Source: a virus (Duplodnaviria; Caudoviricetes). From it: a DNA stretch of 43,448 bases. Of the stretch, positions 9,553-19,122 are shown one piece after another; position 1 is the first letter of the stretch, and each line of letters starts with the position of its first letter. Made by a program: the position numbers and the translations under genes. Location of the stretch: IMG/VR virus record IMGVR_UViG_3300048578_000454, positions 1-43,448 of that record. One strand, 5' to 3'. The notes under the pieces are model-generated. The model was not told the DNA's origin. It searched no databases and was given only the letters and a program-made list of their open reading frames with translations.

Positions 9553-11411
9553 TAGCATACCCACCCGCAAACACCCCCACCAGTGAGGCTGGTGACGGCA
9601 GAAGGGAAGAAAGGGGGCGGCGGGTACCCACTCTCTCCCCCAAAAGTTACATTGATGTTGGCGCTGATCTGGGCAATAGCCGCCAACAACGCGGCAAAAT
9701 CCACACTGGGGCTGCCAAACCCGCAAAATCCAGAGGCTTCCCTCCATTCCGTGCTGTACCAGTGCCACACCTTAAACGATGCGTCCACAACACCATTCGG
9801 GGCAGGTCCGCTGCGCTGACTGCCAATGGTAAACGAGCACCCGTCCGCACACACATCTATCCCGTAATGCCAATCCGTCGGATAAGTCGGCGCTCCATAC
9901 GTCACCACTGCCGTGTAGCAGTGGTCGTTCCAGGATCCAAGGGTGGCGAAGATAGTCCCCACGGCCGTGGAGCATCCATCAGTTACTGAGATAAAAGCTG
10001 TTCCGCACGCAGCGGGGAGGGTGGCCAGGTAAATACGATTGCCAGCGGTAATGATTTTTTTTGCGCCATTTTGAAACTGGAACCCGGATCCGACCACAGA
10101 CCACTCATAAGGCCCTCTGCCGCCGGTGACGCCAATAATGACCGAGTTGTTGGGCGTCATGATTTCGGGAGACACCTCAGCGTCCCAAGCCAGCGGCTCC
10201 ACCCCTTCGCAACAATTATTGCTGCGGATTTCCTGCGTGATTTTCCATGTCCCGCAGATCCCCCCAGGAGGCGACACCGGTACGATGCGCAGCTTTGGTC
10301 CGTACATCCCGTAATATTTTGCGGCCCCGCCAACGATGGGCAGGCCGCCCCGCCACGAGGTGGTGCGCTCCGGACACTGGGGCAGGGCGCCTGGTGGGTC
10401 CTCGCAACATTTGTCGCGGTAATATTCCGGGGTGCTCAGGGCGTAGATGCGGCCAGGGGCGCCGGTGACCTCGGCGGCGTCGCTGCAGCCCACGTATTCG
10501 GGCACGGTGATCGACTCCAGCAGGTGCATGCAGTCGCGGGCGTTGCCAGGGCAGCGGGTGACGTAGTCCGGACACTCGGTGATCTCGTCGTAGGTCTCCC
10601 GATACACTTCCTTGTCGGTGCACTGGCAGCGGTAGCTTTTGGTTACTGCGCGGAAGCAGGTGACTTCATCGTCCGACACCGGAGCCATCCAATGCGAGGT
10701 GCACGAGCCAATCTCCTCTGCCGCGTCGGGCGTCTGCAGCTCCAGCTCATCAACCAGGCCGTGGAAAAAGGCGCGGGTAACGCACTCGCCGGGCTCGCCG
10801 TCCTTGCCAAGGATGGTGACGGTGCAGCGGTCATACTCGGTGAGATATTCGGCGCGGATCGTCCCGGCCTTGATGCTCACCCCGCCAAAATCCAGGGTGT
10901 TGCCCACGCGGGATATTTTCGGGGAATCAATCGGACCGGAACTGCCGTACACCTGGCCCCGCCATTGGACGGTAAAGCCGTCGATCACCGGGTAGTCCAG
11001 GGTCAGGTTGGACGCATTGTCCAGGGTGGTCTGCTGGGTAACAGTTTCCCGCACGGTCTCGGTGGTTTTGAGTAGGCCGCCAACCAAGGCCAGCCGATAG
11101 TCGGCATCCTGGCGGGAGCGGATCACCCGCACCACTACGTCCACATTGCCGTCGGCGTCATAGAGGCAGGAGACCGCCGAGACGGTGGCTTCCACTGTGG
11201 TGGTCACTTCCTCGGCGCTGACGTCTTCTGTTTCCTCTGCGGTCTCGGTGGAGTCATCGCAGGCGTCGAGGTTGTACAAGGTGTCGAGCAAATCGGCGGC
11301 GTCGCTGACTGTGGCGGTGTCGTCGGGCAAGTCCTCTTGCTTTAACCGCACCCACCAAGGGTCAGTCGTCGCGCGGGAGGAAAGGTTGAAGGTGATGGTT
11401 GGCGAGGTCAC
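9552..11411 (-). CDS. Cys-rich tail-tip protein with Ig-like segment
   Basis: 619 aa, many Cys; GVTGGRGPYEWSV Ig-like motif. Confidence 0.7.
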   Translation of the reverse strand: MTSPTITFNLSSRATTDPWWVRLKQEDLPDDTATVSDAADLLDTLYNLDACDDSTETAEETEDVSAEEVTTTVEATVSAVSCLYDADGNVDVVVRVIRSRQDADYRLALVGGLLKTTETVRETVTQQTTLDNASNLTLDYPVIDGFTVQWRGQVYGSSGPIDSPKISRVGNTLDFGGVSIKAGTIRAEYLTEYDRCTVTILGKDGEPGECVTRAFFHGLVDELELQTPDAAEEIGSCTSHWMAPVSDDEVTCFRAVTKSYRCQCTDKEVYRETYDEITECPDYVTRCPGNARDCMHLLESITVPEYVGCSDAAEVTGAPGRIYALSTPEYYRDKCCEDPPGALPQCPERTTSWRGGLPIVGGAAKYYGMYGPKLRIVPVSPPGGICGTWKITQEIRSNNCCEGVEPLAWDAEVSPEIMTPNNSVIIGVTGGRGPYEWSVVGSGFQFQNGAKKIITAGNRIYLATLPAACGTAFISVTDGCSTAVGTIFATLGSWNDHCYTAVVTYGAPTYPTDWHYGIDVCADGCSFTIGSQRSGPAPNGVVDASFKVWHWYSTEWREASGFCGFGSPSVDFAALLAAIAQISANINVTFGGESGYPPPPFFPSAVTSLTGGGVCGWVC

Positions 11412-12271
11412 GGCTTCACCATCCGGACGATTCCTAGCGGTTGGCCGGTGCAGGTGTTGTAGCGCAGCTGCGGAATCAGCTCATCCTCATCGTCGGTCAC
11501 GCTGCCCCGGTCGCCGATGGTCGATCCGTCCGGGCAGGCCTCCAGCAGGGTGGCCACGCAGGCCGGCAGGGTGATGTCTTGGGTGGCTGTTTCGGTGGTC
11601 GCATCGGTGAGAGTCCACGCGGCGGTGATTACCTCCTCGATGTCGGTTATTTTTACCACTGCGGTTTTGGGGATGTGCATGGTCAAGGCGTGCTTATACC
11701 CCAGGGCGCGGCAGCGGATGCGGAGCACGCCAAAGATTTCCCTGTCCAAGCGGAGGCGATTGATTGGCCCATGGGGTCCAGCAAGCGGAACCATTTTCCC
11801 GGCGGCGACATCGTATCCGGACACGGCCGGCGGATCGACCACCACCCCGCGCGCAGTGATGGCCGGGCTCTGCCACGCCGCCACCAGGTCAGCAGCCAGA
11901 CAGGGCAAGTCCACCGTATCGGTCATCTCGACCACCAGGTCAAAATCGCGCTCCTGTTCAACGGCAACCGCCGTCGCGATCTCGGTCCACTCCGGAATAG
12001 CGGCGGTGAGGGTGTAGGCCTGATCTGGCAGGGACGGCCAAACGTACAGAGTCAGCTGCGCAACTACCAATCCGCCCACCACCGAGGCTGCGCAGCTGTC
12101 GGCCACGTAGGTTTTGGCGGAGATTCCAGCGCGCACCATGGCCAGCATGTTGGCCAGATCAACCAGCGAGAGATCGCCGGCGGCCACCGGGGCTTGCTCC
12201 AGGAGCAGGCGCGGCGGGTTGGATGATCCTCCGCTTCCGGAGAGGTTGAGGGTGATGTGCGGCGAGATCAT
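11408..12271 (-). CDS. Tail-tip protein, paralogue of neighbours
   Basis: 287 aa; N-terminus MISPHITLNL. Confidence 0.7.
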   Translation of the reverse strand: MISPHITLNLSGSGGSSNPPRLLLEQAPVAAGDLSLVDLANMLAMVRAGISAKTYVADSCAASVVGGLVVAQLTLYVWPSLPDQAYTLTAAIPEWTEIATAVAVEQERDFDLVVEMTDTVDLPCLAADLVAAWQSPAITARGVVVDPPAVSGYDVAAGKMVPLAGPHGPINRLRLDREIFGVLRIRCRALGYKHALTMHIPKTAVVKITDIEEVITAAWTLTDATTETATQDITLPACVATLLEACPDGSTIGDRGSVTDDEDELIPQLRYNTCTGQPLGIVRMVKP

Positions 12272-13059
12272 GTAAAATCGTCCTCAACAATTTCCTGGCT
12301 GCAGTAATCCACCACGCTGCGGCGATTGCCGGTTACTGGCTCATCGCCCGGGTCGTCATCTTCAGGCGTCTCGATAAAACCGGAGTCGCCCCCACAGACG
12401 GCGTCGGCATCGGCGTCAAAGGTCTCGATTCCTGGCGGCATCTCTACCGCCAACCAGTTGATGCCACCGCCATACCAGCCATACACAGCTGAGGTATAAA
12501 AATTGTCGATTGCATCCTCTCGGCGCGGAGCGGTAAGGGTGTAGGCGTGGCGCTCGGTGGTGTACACCACGTCCACCGCTCCATAGATTGGGACGGGGCT
12601 GGCGATGTCGCCATCGGTGATGGTCAGGGGCGGTGGGACAATCTTGTTGCCGCCGGCGTCGTAGACCTCATCATCATCGGCCCACTCGGCGCTGATGATT
12701 GCCAGCGGCGGATGGTTGGGGCTGGCGGTGGTTTCGAGCGAAAAATTGATGGTTTCCGATTCCTCGACAATTTCCTCCAGCCGCTCGGACAAGTCGCCGT
12801 AGCTTGCCGCAAACTGATAAGCCAGCCCCGGCACGCGCGGGTAGACCAGGATCAGGCAGACCACGCTGCCTCCGGTCAAGCCGCAATCCACCAGACTGCC
12901 CGCATCCTCGCCGTACAGCATCTCCCGCAGGGCGCGGACCATGGCCCCGGTGGTCACCCGGCCGGTGTACCTATCCCAATCGACCTGCTCAATCTGGAGC
13001 AGGTCGAGGGATTCCGAGACTGGGCCTCGGTAGGTGAGGGTGATGTGGGGCGAGTCCAT
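12268..13059 (-). CDS. Tail-tip protein, paralogue of neighbours
   Basis: 263 aa; N-terminus MDSPHITLTY. Confidence 0.7.
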   Translation of the reverse strand: MDSPHITLTYRGPVSESLDLLQIEQVDWDRYTGRVTTGAMVRALREMLYGEDAGSLVDCGLTGGSVVCLILVYPRVPGLAYQFAASYGDLSERLEEIVEESETINFSLETTASPNHPPLAIISAEWADDDEVYDAGGNKIVPPPLTITDGDIASPVPIYGAVDVVYTTERHAYTLTAPRREDAIDNFYTSAVYGWYGGGINWLAVEMPPGIETFDADADAVCGGDSGFIETPEDDDPGDEPVTGNRRSVVDYCSQEIVEDDFT

Positions 13060-13069
13060 TGTTTTTTAT

Positions 13070-13339
13070 TTATTCAACAATTTCGAAAGCATGAAAAACA
13101 TACGGCCCAGTAAACCCCGTCCCAATGAATTTTAGGGAATTGTTGAGTGCCGGAGGAATCAAGTGGCCGGTCCCGAAAGCTATAAATTTACGGGTACAGG
13201 CTGGAGCCTTAGGGTCAACCTTTGCCCACAAACAAAAATCATCCCGCTGAAACGCAACGCTCAAAACTTCCGCGCCAGCCGGCATCAATATTTCCTCGTT
13301 GTTCGGATTGATGATGTATTTATAAATTGTCTCTTCCAC
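13070..13339 (-). CDS. Small conserved phage protein (moron-like insert)
   Basis: IYKY...MPAGAEVLSV...LWAKVD...GTGH...FIGT...VFHAFE pattern; AT-richer than flanks; AAGGAGG SD. Confidence 0.75.
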   Translation of the reverse strand: MEETIYKYIINPNNEEILMPAGAEVLSVAFQRDDFCLWAKVDPKAPACTRKFIAFGTGHLIPPALNNSLKFIGTGFTGPYVFHAFEIVE

Positions 13340-13390
13340 TTGCCCTCCTTTAAGCTGAATTGATTTGGCGAATTATGTTAGTCGCCAGAA

Positions 13391-14431
13391 TTAGGCGCTC
13401 TCGCCCTGCTGCACCAGCACAAACTGATTGCCGCTCAGCGAGCCGCAGGCCGGCGGGATGTCGCGGCGCAAATAGGGATACAATGCCGGCGGATGCACCT
13501 GGAAGCTGAACACGTCGCCGACGGTAAAGGTTCCGGTCAATGCCGTCGCCGGGATGGTAAAATAGGGCTTGCTGTTGGCCGGGTTGATCGGAGCGAAGGC
13601 GGTCCCCACCACGCCCGATCCCAGGGTGTGGGTGGTGTCGTCACTAGTGCAAATGAAATGGGTGGCGTCGGTGAACACGCCCGACACCGTCATCTCGGCC
13701 GATCCAATCGAGTCGACCACAATCTGGGCGGTGTCGATGGCGCCGGTGCTGGCAAAGGTGTGGGTGTAATTGTCCAGCGCAGGGGCAACGTCAACCGCCG
13801 CCGGCGCAGTCATGATGTGGCCTCCGGTGCGGGTCTCGCTGTTCCAGGCGGCGTAGTTGTTGGCCAGGGTGGTTCCGTCCAGGGTGATGGTCAGCTGCGT
13901 TCCGCTTGCGGTTACAGTGTCGATGATGTGCTGCTCAATGTTGCCGCTGGTGGCGTTCCAGGTTGCCTTGTCGGTGATAAAAATCGGGTCGCCTGGGCGG
14001 GCGATGACGTCGGCCCCGGACGCCAGATCAGCGGATTTCAAATCAATAATCAGGGTGGCCCCGCCGGCGCTGACTGCACTGTGGAGGGCGCCGTTTCCGT
14101 AGCGGGTCTCGGATCCGGAGATGTCGGCCTGGCGGTCGCGAGCTGAGCCCATGTGGAAGGTGATCCAATCGTCGCCCCGGTTGGGCATGAAGAGCCTCAG
14201 CATGGCGGCGTACAGGGTTTCCTCGCTATCGTTGGCCACCACCACGCACACCTTGCGGTAGTCGGGCGCGGACAGGTTGCCGGCGGCGCGCGCGGCGCTG
14301 AACACGTTGCCAAACACATTGGCAGCCGTAGCGCTGACGTAAAGGTTAAACGACATCCGCCCGCCGTTGGTGGAGACGTCGCTCACCTCTTGCGGCTTGC
14401 GAAATAGGATCTCTGAGGTTTGGATGGTCAT
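13391..14431 (-). CDS. Minor tail protein
   Basis: 346 aa; NGGRM...NVF...RKV N-terminal pattern seen in siphovirus tail proteins. Confidence 0.7.
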   Translation of the reverse strand: MTIQTSEILFRKPQEVSDVSTNGGRMSFNLYVSATAANVFGNVFSAARAAGNLSAPDYRKVCVVVANDSEETLYAAMLRLFMPNRGDDWITFHMGSARDRQADISGSETRYGNGALHSAVSAGGATLIIDLKSADLASGADVIARPGDPIFITDKATWNATSGNIEQHIIDTVTASGTQLTITLDGTTLANNYAAWNSETRTGGHIMTAPAAVDVAPALDNYTHTFASTGAIDTAQIVVDSIGSAEMTVSGVFTDATHFICTSDDTTHTLGSGVVGTAFAPINPANSKPYFTIPATALTGTFTVGDVFSFQVHPPALYPYLRRDIPPACGSLSGNQFVLVQQGESA

Positions 14432-14432
14432 A

Positions 14433-14816
14433 TCATGCTACCGTGATGAGGGTTATGGTTCCGATGTACCAGGAGTCGCCGTCTGGATCGGAGAAGTCGA
14501 ACACTTGCTCCACGCTGATGCCGGCAGGGGGAATCCAGACCCGAAAGGTACCGAGATGGTGTACCAGGGTAAAAGATTCTCCGGCGTCACGCAGGGCGGC
14601 GAGGGCATCAACTTGAGAGCCAAGGAAACATCCTTTGATGGTGTCGCCGTCCCTGGTGGCAACCAGCTGCAGGGTCTTGCCGGCGCTCATGGCGATGCTC
14701 TGGATATGCACTCCGCCCATGGTAGCGCGGGCTGATCCGGCCATGGCCGCTTGGGTGTGCACCCCGTCGAGGCGGAGATTGTCGTCAAGCACTATGTCGT
14801 GGGCCGATACCGTCAT
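14433..14816 (-). CDS. Distal-tail-like protein
   Basis: 127 aa directly after tape measure; ends WYIGTITLITV. Confidence 0.6.
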   Translation of the reverse strand: MTVSAHDIVLDDNLRLDGVHTQAAMAGSARATMGGVHIQSIAMSAGKTLQLVATRDGDTIKGCFLGSQVDALAALRDAGESFTLVHHLGTFRVWIPPAGISVEQVFDFSDPDGDSWYIGTITLITVA

Positions 14817-17386
14817 CGGTTGGAGCTCCGGTAGCGGTTATGCTTGGCCACGGCAGACTCAAGGCGCTTGATGTCGATTTCATGGCCGTAGACCCGGCCG
14901 ACTTGGCCGGATTGATCTTGGAAGGTAAACGAGGCGGAGTAGGGCGTGGCGGTTGCCATGGCGGCAACCGATCCACCGGAGGCAAGGCGCTGCGGGATCT
15001 GCGGCAGGCTGTCAATCAGGCCGCCGAGGCGATAACCGATGTTGGTCCCCATCCGCTTGGAGAGTTCGGCCAGCACAACATCGAACCGGCCGGCGTTGAA
15101 GGCCAGGGCGGCACGCAGGCCGCCGGCCTTGACCGACTCCTTGCGCAACATCACCTCGCCGTCCTCGCCGAGCAGCAGGCGACGATCTCCGCCGCCAAAT
15201 CCTGGCAGCCGGCCGCCGGACAGGATATTGCGCACCCCGCCGCCGCTGGCCAGGGCTTGGATTTGTTGGATCATGCCGCCGTTGCGGTAGGCGCCGATGC
15301 GGCCGCCTTTGCTGTAGGAGCTGGTCGACACCGAGCGGCTGCCGTCCTCATAATCAATCACCAGCTTGGCGGTGCGCTTCTTGTTGGCCACTTCGTCGAG
15401 CTTGAGATCAATTTCCTTGATCTTGTCCAAGGTGTAGGTGCTCATGGTTTGCCAGTTTTCCAACCACTTTTTTTCCGCCTCGGACATGCCTTCGGTCAGA
15501 TCAGCAAAACCTGATTTGTTTTTCAGTTCGCCCATGAATGATTTTGCGGCGGCTTCCTGTTTGGTGAGGATTTCAAACCCCAGGGATCCAGCCTGCTTCA
15601 CGCCGTCAAACGAGGTTTTCAGGGCTTGTTGACTGGTGATCACCACCCGTTCACCGTCCTTTACCTCGGTGTTGAGGTTCGCGTATGCAGCGCGGGCGTC
15701 GTCAGCGTACTGCCGGGCCTCCTTAAATTTGGCCTCGCCCGTGAGAGTGTCGCCACTGGAAAACGCTGATTGCGCCGCTGCGGCCGCTTGTTTGGCGGCC
15801 GCCATATACTCCTCGGCTTCCTTTTTTTGATCCTTCCAGGCACTGACGTCCGACATACCGGACCGTGACATTTCCCGCAGTTGAGCAGCCACCGATTTTT
15901 GATGGCCGGCAATCTGATCCTGCAGGTCGCGGACTTTGCTGGCGTAGTCCTGATACTGCTTTTTCATCGCTTCGAGGGCGGCCCCGGTGACTTGCTTCGA
16001 GACATCGGCGGTCTGGCGGGTGGCGGCCTGCTGCTCTTTGGCCCCTTTTTTCCAGGTCCCGGTCAACTCGTCGTAATGGATCTCGCCCGCCTTGACCGCG
16101 GCGTCCAGCTGCTCCATGCTGGTGATGGTCAGGCCGGTTGCTTGGGATATCTCTTTAAATTTTGCCGCTACCAGGCCGCTGCTTTTCTCCAGCTGCTTTT
16201 GGGCCTCAGCGGTCCCGGCAATCGCGGAACGCATAGTCAGCCACTCACCGGCCCGGTAGGCCGCAAAAAAGGCGGCGGTTGCCCCCATCAAGCCCACCAT
16301 GCCCACTTTGAGGGTCGACACCCCGGCTGCGGCCAGGTTGGTCCCGGCTTCCAGCGATTGCAACCAGGGAATGATGCGGGAGCCGGTCACCACCAGCATC
16401 ACCGCGTTGAGCCCCCGCCAGGTGGCGGTGAGTTTGGCGATCACGTTAAAGGCCACCGTAAACGCCGCCCCGTACTTGAGCACCTCGACAATCACCTCAT
16501 GGTTGGCGGCGGCAAAACGGATGGCGGCCGCTGCTCCAGTGGCGATGTTGGCGGCAAACTGGCCGATGCCGCCGGCGTTGTCGCGCAGGGCAACGCCCAC
16601 CTCGGCCAAAGCCTTGACCAGCTCCTGATTGTTGCCGATGGAGTCGGCAACCGTGGTGCGCACATAGGCCAGGGAGCCCGACCAGGTGTTGATCGACTCG
16701 GCCGCTTTGCCCTGCAAGGGAATGGCTTGCTCGAGGAACACGTTGTACCGCACCTGCGCTTTTTGCAGATCGGTCAAATCCTTCCACGCCCCTTGGGTGG
16801 CCCCACGGGCGTTGTACCAGGCGGTGACATAGGTTTCATTGAGGGTGAGGCCGAGGTATTCCGATGCTTCCGCCTCGCCGCGCAAGGCGGCGGTGACCCG
16901 CTCAACCGCTCCGGCTAGATCGGTGCGGCCGGCGGCCAGGTCGCCGCTGAGGGCAATCACCTGCTGCATCTGCTCGGCATTGAGGCCGAGGCGCTTGGTC
17001 ATGTCGATGGTGGCGGCGGCGGCGCCGCGCACCTCAGATTGGGAATAGATTTTGAGTTTGGCCGACAGGTCGGTAATGGTCTGTTCCCAGTCCGCCGCCG
17101 ACCCGACTGCAAACTCACGGTTGGCCGCCTGGATAGAGGCCGACAGCCCGTAGGCGTTTTGGTCCGCCTGTTTAAGCATAGCGCCAACATCTCCGATGGC
17201 CGACAGCCCAGCAAAGGCTCCGGCCAACTGCAGCACCTGGGCGCGCATTGCCGCCACCTGGCCGCCGCTGCCGCCCACCTCGGAGGTGAACGCCTTGACC
17301 GCCGCCCGGCCCTTGCCGATCACCGAGGACAAATTAACGTCCCGCGCGGACAGGATGATTTCGATGTTGGATTTTTTATTTGCCAT
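14813..17386 (-). CDS. Tail tape measure protein
   Basis: 857 aa, Ala-rich and helical; IEIILSARD start; C-terminal GGRLPGFGGGDRR...GEVML motif. Confidence 0.92.
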   Translation of the reverse strand: MANKKSNIEIILSARDVNLSSVIGKGRAAVKAFTSEVGGSGGQVAAMRAQVLQLAGAFAGLSAIGDVGAMLKQADQNAYGLSASIQAANREFAVGSAADWEQTITDLSAKLKIYSQSEVRGAAAATIDMTKRLGLNAEQMQQVIALSGDLAAGRTDLAGAVERVTAALRGEAEASEYLGLTLNETYVTAWYNARGATQGAWKDLTDLQKAQVRYNVFLEQAIPLQGKAAESINTWSGSLAYVRTTVADSIGNNQELVKALAEVGVALRDNAGGIGQFAANIATGAAAAIRFAAANHEVIVEVLKYGAAFTVAFNVIAKLTATWRGLNAVMLVVTGSRIIPWLQSLEAGTNLAAAGVSTLKVGMVGLMGATAAFFAAYRAGEWLTMRSAIAGTAEAQKQLEKSSGLVAAKFKEISQATGLTITSMEQLDAAVKAGEIHYDELTGTWKKGAKEQQAATRQTADVSKQVTGAALEAMKKQYQDYASKVRDLQDQIAGHQKSVAAQLREMSRSGMSDVSAWKDQKKEAEEYMAAAKQAAAAAQSAFSSGDTLTGEAKFKEARQYADDARAAYANLNTEVKDGERVVITSQQALKTSFDGVKQAGSLGFEILTKQEAAAKSFMGELKNKSGFADLTEGMSEAEKKWLENWQTMSTYTLDKIKEIDLKLDEVANKKRTAKLVIDYEDGSRSVSTSSYSKGGRIGAYRNGGMIQQIQALASGGGVRNILSGGRLPGFGGGDRRLLLGEDGEVMLRKESVKAGGLRAALAFNAGRFDVVLAELSKRMGTNIGYRLGGLIDSLPQIPQRLASGGSVAAMATATPYSASFTFQDQSGQVGRVYGHEIDIKRLESAVAKHNRYRSSNR

Positions 17387-17564
17387 AGCTGGTAGCTATC
17401 TGTTTGAGCGCAAGGGCAAAAAAACTCATGCCGTAGTCCCAGGCGTGCTGGTGTCCGTGGGCGATGAGGATGGCGACGCTTTCTCGGAGGCGCTGGCGAG
17501 CATCCGGCTGATGGCGTCCAGTTGCCCGGCGAGCTCGACCCGCCGCCGGGCCATGACAAAAAAA
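17376..17564 (-). CDS. -1 frameshift extension of the tail assembly chaperone (gpGT-like)
   Basis: Slippery T TTT TTT (17564-17558) inside NPDFF; the -1 frame is open to TAA 17378-17376. Confidence 0.7.
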   Translation of the reverse strand, partial: FFCHGPAAGRARRATGRHQPDARQRLRESVAILIAHGHQHAWDYGMSFFALALKQIATSYGK

Positions 17565-17830
17565 TCCGGGTTCATCTCCTTGGCCGCCTCGATAATTGGC
17601 ATGTACTCCGAGGTGGTCAACCCGCCGATAATTTCCGTGCAGCGCTCCGGAGGCACGTCCAGCATCGCCCCCAATAACACCGCGTCGAGGTGGTGGACGT
17701 CGAGGATGTCGTCCACCGTGGTCCGGTCCCGCTGCGAGGTGACGTCAAATAGGCCGTCGATCTCCAGCGGGGTCAGCTCCCGGGCAACATAGGTTTTTCC
17801 TTCGACCGTGACTGCTTTGGTTTTGCGCAT
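17426..17830 (-). CDS. Tail assembly chaperone
   Basis: Between tail tube and tape measure; RELT and NPDFF motifs. Confidence 0.8.
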   Translation of the reverse strand: MRKTKAVTVEGKTYVARELTPLEIDGLFDVTSQRDRTTVDDILDVHHLDAVLLGAMLDVPPERCTEIIGGLTTSEYMPIIEAAKEMNPDFFVMARRRVELAGQLDAISRMLASASEKASPSSSPTDTSTPGTTA

Positions 17831-17889
17831 ATTGTCCCTTCTTGTTGTTCAGCTGAAATTCTCACCAGCTACAGACTATCAACCTCCAA

Positions 17890-18669
17890 TCACATCGGCA
17901 CGCCATCCACCCGGCCGGGGCTGGTCTGGCCAGGAATCGTGATAAAGCTCAACGAAAATTCAAGAAACTCACCCTCGCTGCCCGCCTCGCTAACCAGGTT
18001 GACGGCTTTCGACGAGGTCAGCTGCACGCAATCAAACTCGACGGTGTGCTTCGCTCCGGAGAACTCGTTGTACAGCTCGCCCTGGATTTCCATTCGGGTC
18101 TGGGCGCGGGTTCCGATCTCAATGCGGTATCCGGACTCGGCGGCGTAGTCCCCACCGATCAGCACATCGACGGTTCCGGCCGCCAACGCTCCACCCGTTA
18201 CCGAGGTGAATAGGCCCAGAGCGGCGTTGTATTCGTAATCCGTTCCCAGCACGTAGGTGGTCCCGGCGGGGGAAGAGGTGACCGTAAACGAGGTGAACCC
18301 CTTGTGGCCGACATAAATCCACTGGCCGGGCAGGGGAGCGGTGAACTCGGCAGGGGTCATTGTTCCGCCGGTTCCAGTGAGTTTGGTTTCGACCCCAGAG
18401 AAAAAGCGGGCAAGGTTGAAGGCGTTCCACTGGCGGAGGGTCATGCTGCCGGAGATGTCGTCGATCTCGGCCTTTGCCCCGATAACCTGGCCGGCGGTGG
18501 CCACCTTGCGGCTCTTGCCTTTCACCTCTTTGGATGCCACCTGGACCTCAAGCGGGTAGACCTCGCCCAGGTCGAGAAAGTTGGCGCCCGCAAGCGGCAC
18601 GCCGGCCGCATCCACTTCCCGGCCAAAAATGGTCCCGGTAAACGATGATAGAGATAATCCTGTATTCAT
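17890..18669 (-). CDS. Major tail (tube) protein
   Basis: 259 aa; position; DLGEV...NLARFF and YVLGTDY motifs. Confidence 0.8.
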   Translation of the reverse strand: MNTGLSLSSFTGTIFGREVDAAGVPLAGANFLDLGEVYPLEVQVASKEVKGKSRKVATAGQVIGAKAEIDDISGSMTLRQWNAFNLARFFSGVETKLTGTGGTMTPAEFTAPLPGQWIYVGHKGFTSFTVTSSPAGTTYVLGTDYEYNAALGLFTSVTGGALAAGTVDVLIGGDYAAESGYRIEIGTRAQTRMEIQGELYNEFSGAKHTVEFDCVQLTSSKAVNLVSEAGSEGEFLEFSLSFITIPGQTSPGRVDGVPM

Positions 18670-18678
18670 GGTTGCCTC

Positions 18679-19122
18679 TCAGACCCCGGCAATGCGGAGG
18701 TCGGCTTGAAATTGATAGAAGGGGTGCGGTTGGTTGCCGGCGTCTTTGTCGCCGAGCTGCCACACCACCGGAGGGATGATTTTGTAGCCGGCAAGGTTGC
18801 CGGGACCGCGCTCGACCAGTGGCCGCAAACAGTCCACCAGGCGGAGCAGATCGGCCATGCCGTCGGTCACGCCGCCGGCGGTGTAGATCTCGCCGATAAC
18901 CCGGACCAAAGGGTTGATCTTGTTGTTGCTCTCTTCCAGGCCGATCAGCCGCACTACCACCGATGGGACTTGCTCGGCGTGGTCCTCCGGAGTCTCGGCA
19001 ATTGGCAGGGCGTGGGCATAGACCGCCACCGGCAGGGCGGCGCCCTCGGCGGGATCGTCGAACAGCTGGCCGGCGGTGAGCGCGTCGCAGCGGGCAACAA
19101 TTTGGCTAATCAGGTCGTTCAT
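18679..19122 (-). CDS. Tail terminator-like protein
   Basis: 147 aa upstream of the tube gene; VPSVVVR and QPHPFY motifs. Confidence 0.65.
   Translation of the reverse strand: MNDLISQIVARCDALTAGQLFDDPAEGAALPVAVYAHALPIAETPEDHAEQVPSVVVRLIGLEESNNKINPLVRVIGEIYTAGGVTDGMADLLRLVDCLRPLVERGPGNLAGYKIIPPVVWQLGDKDAGNQPHPFYQFQADLRIAGV

Noticed and set aside
9552-9950. Diversity-generating retroelement target at the tail protein C-terminus
   Set aside because: No reverse transcriptase and no template/variable repeat pair were seen in the window.
13366-13387. Intrinsic terminator
   Set aside because: The hairpin has no U-tract on the transcribed (minus) strand.
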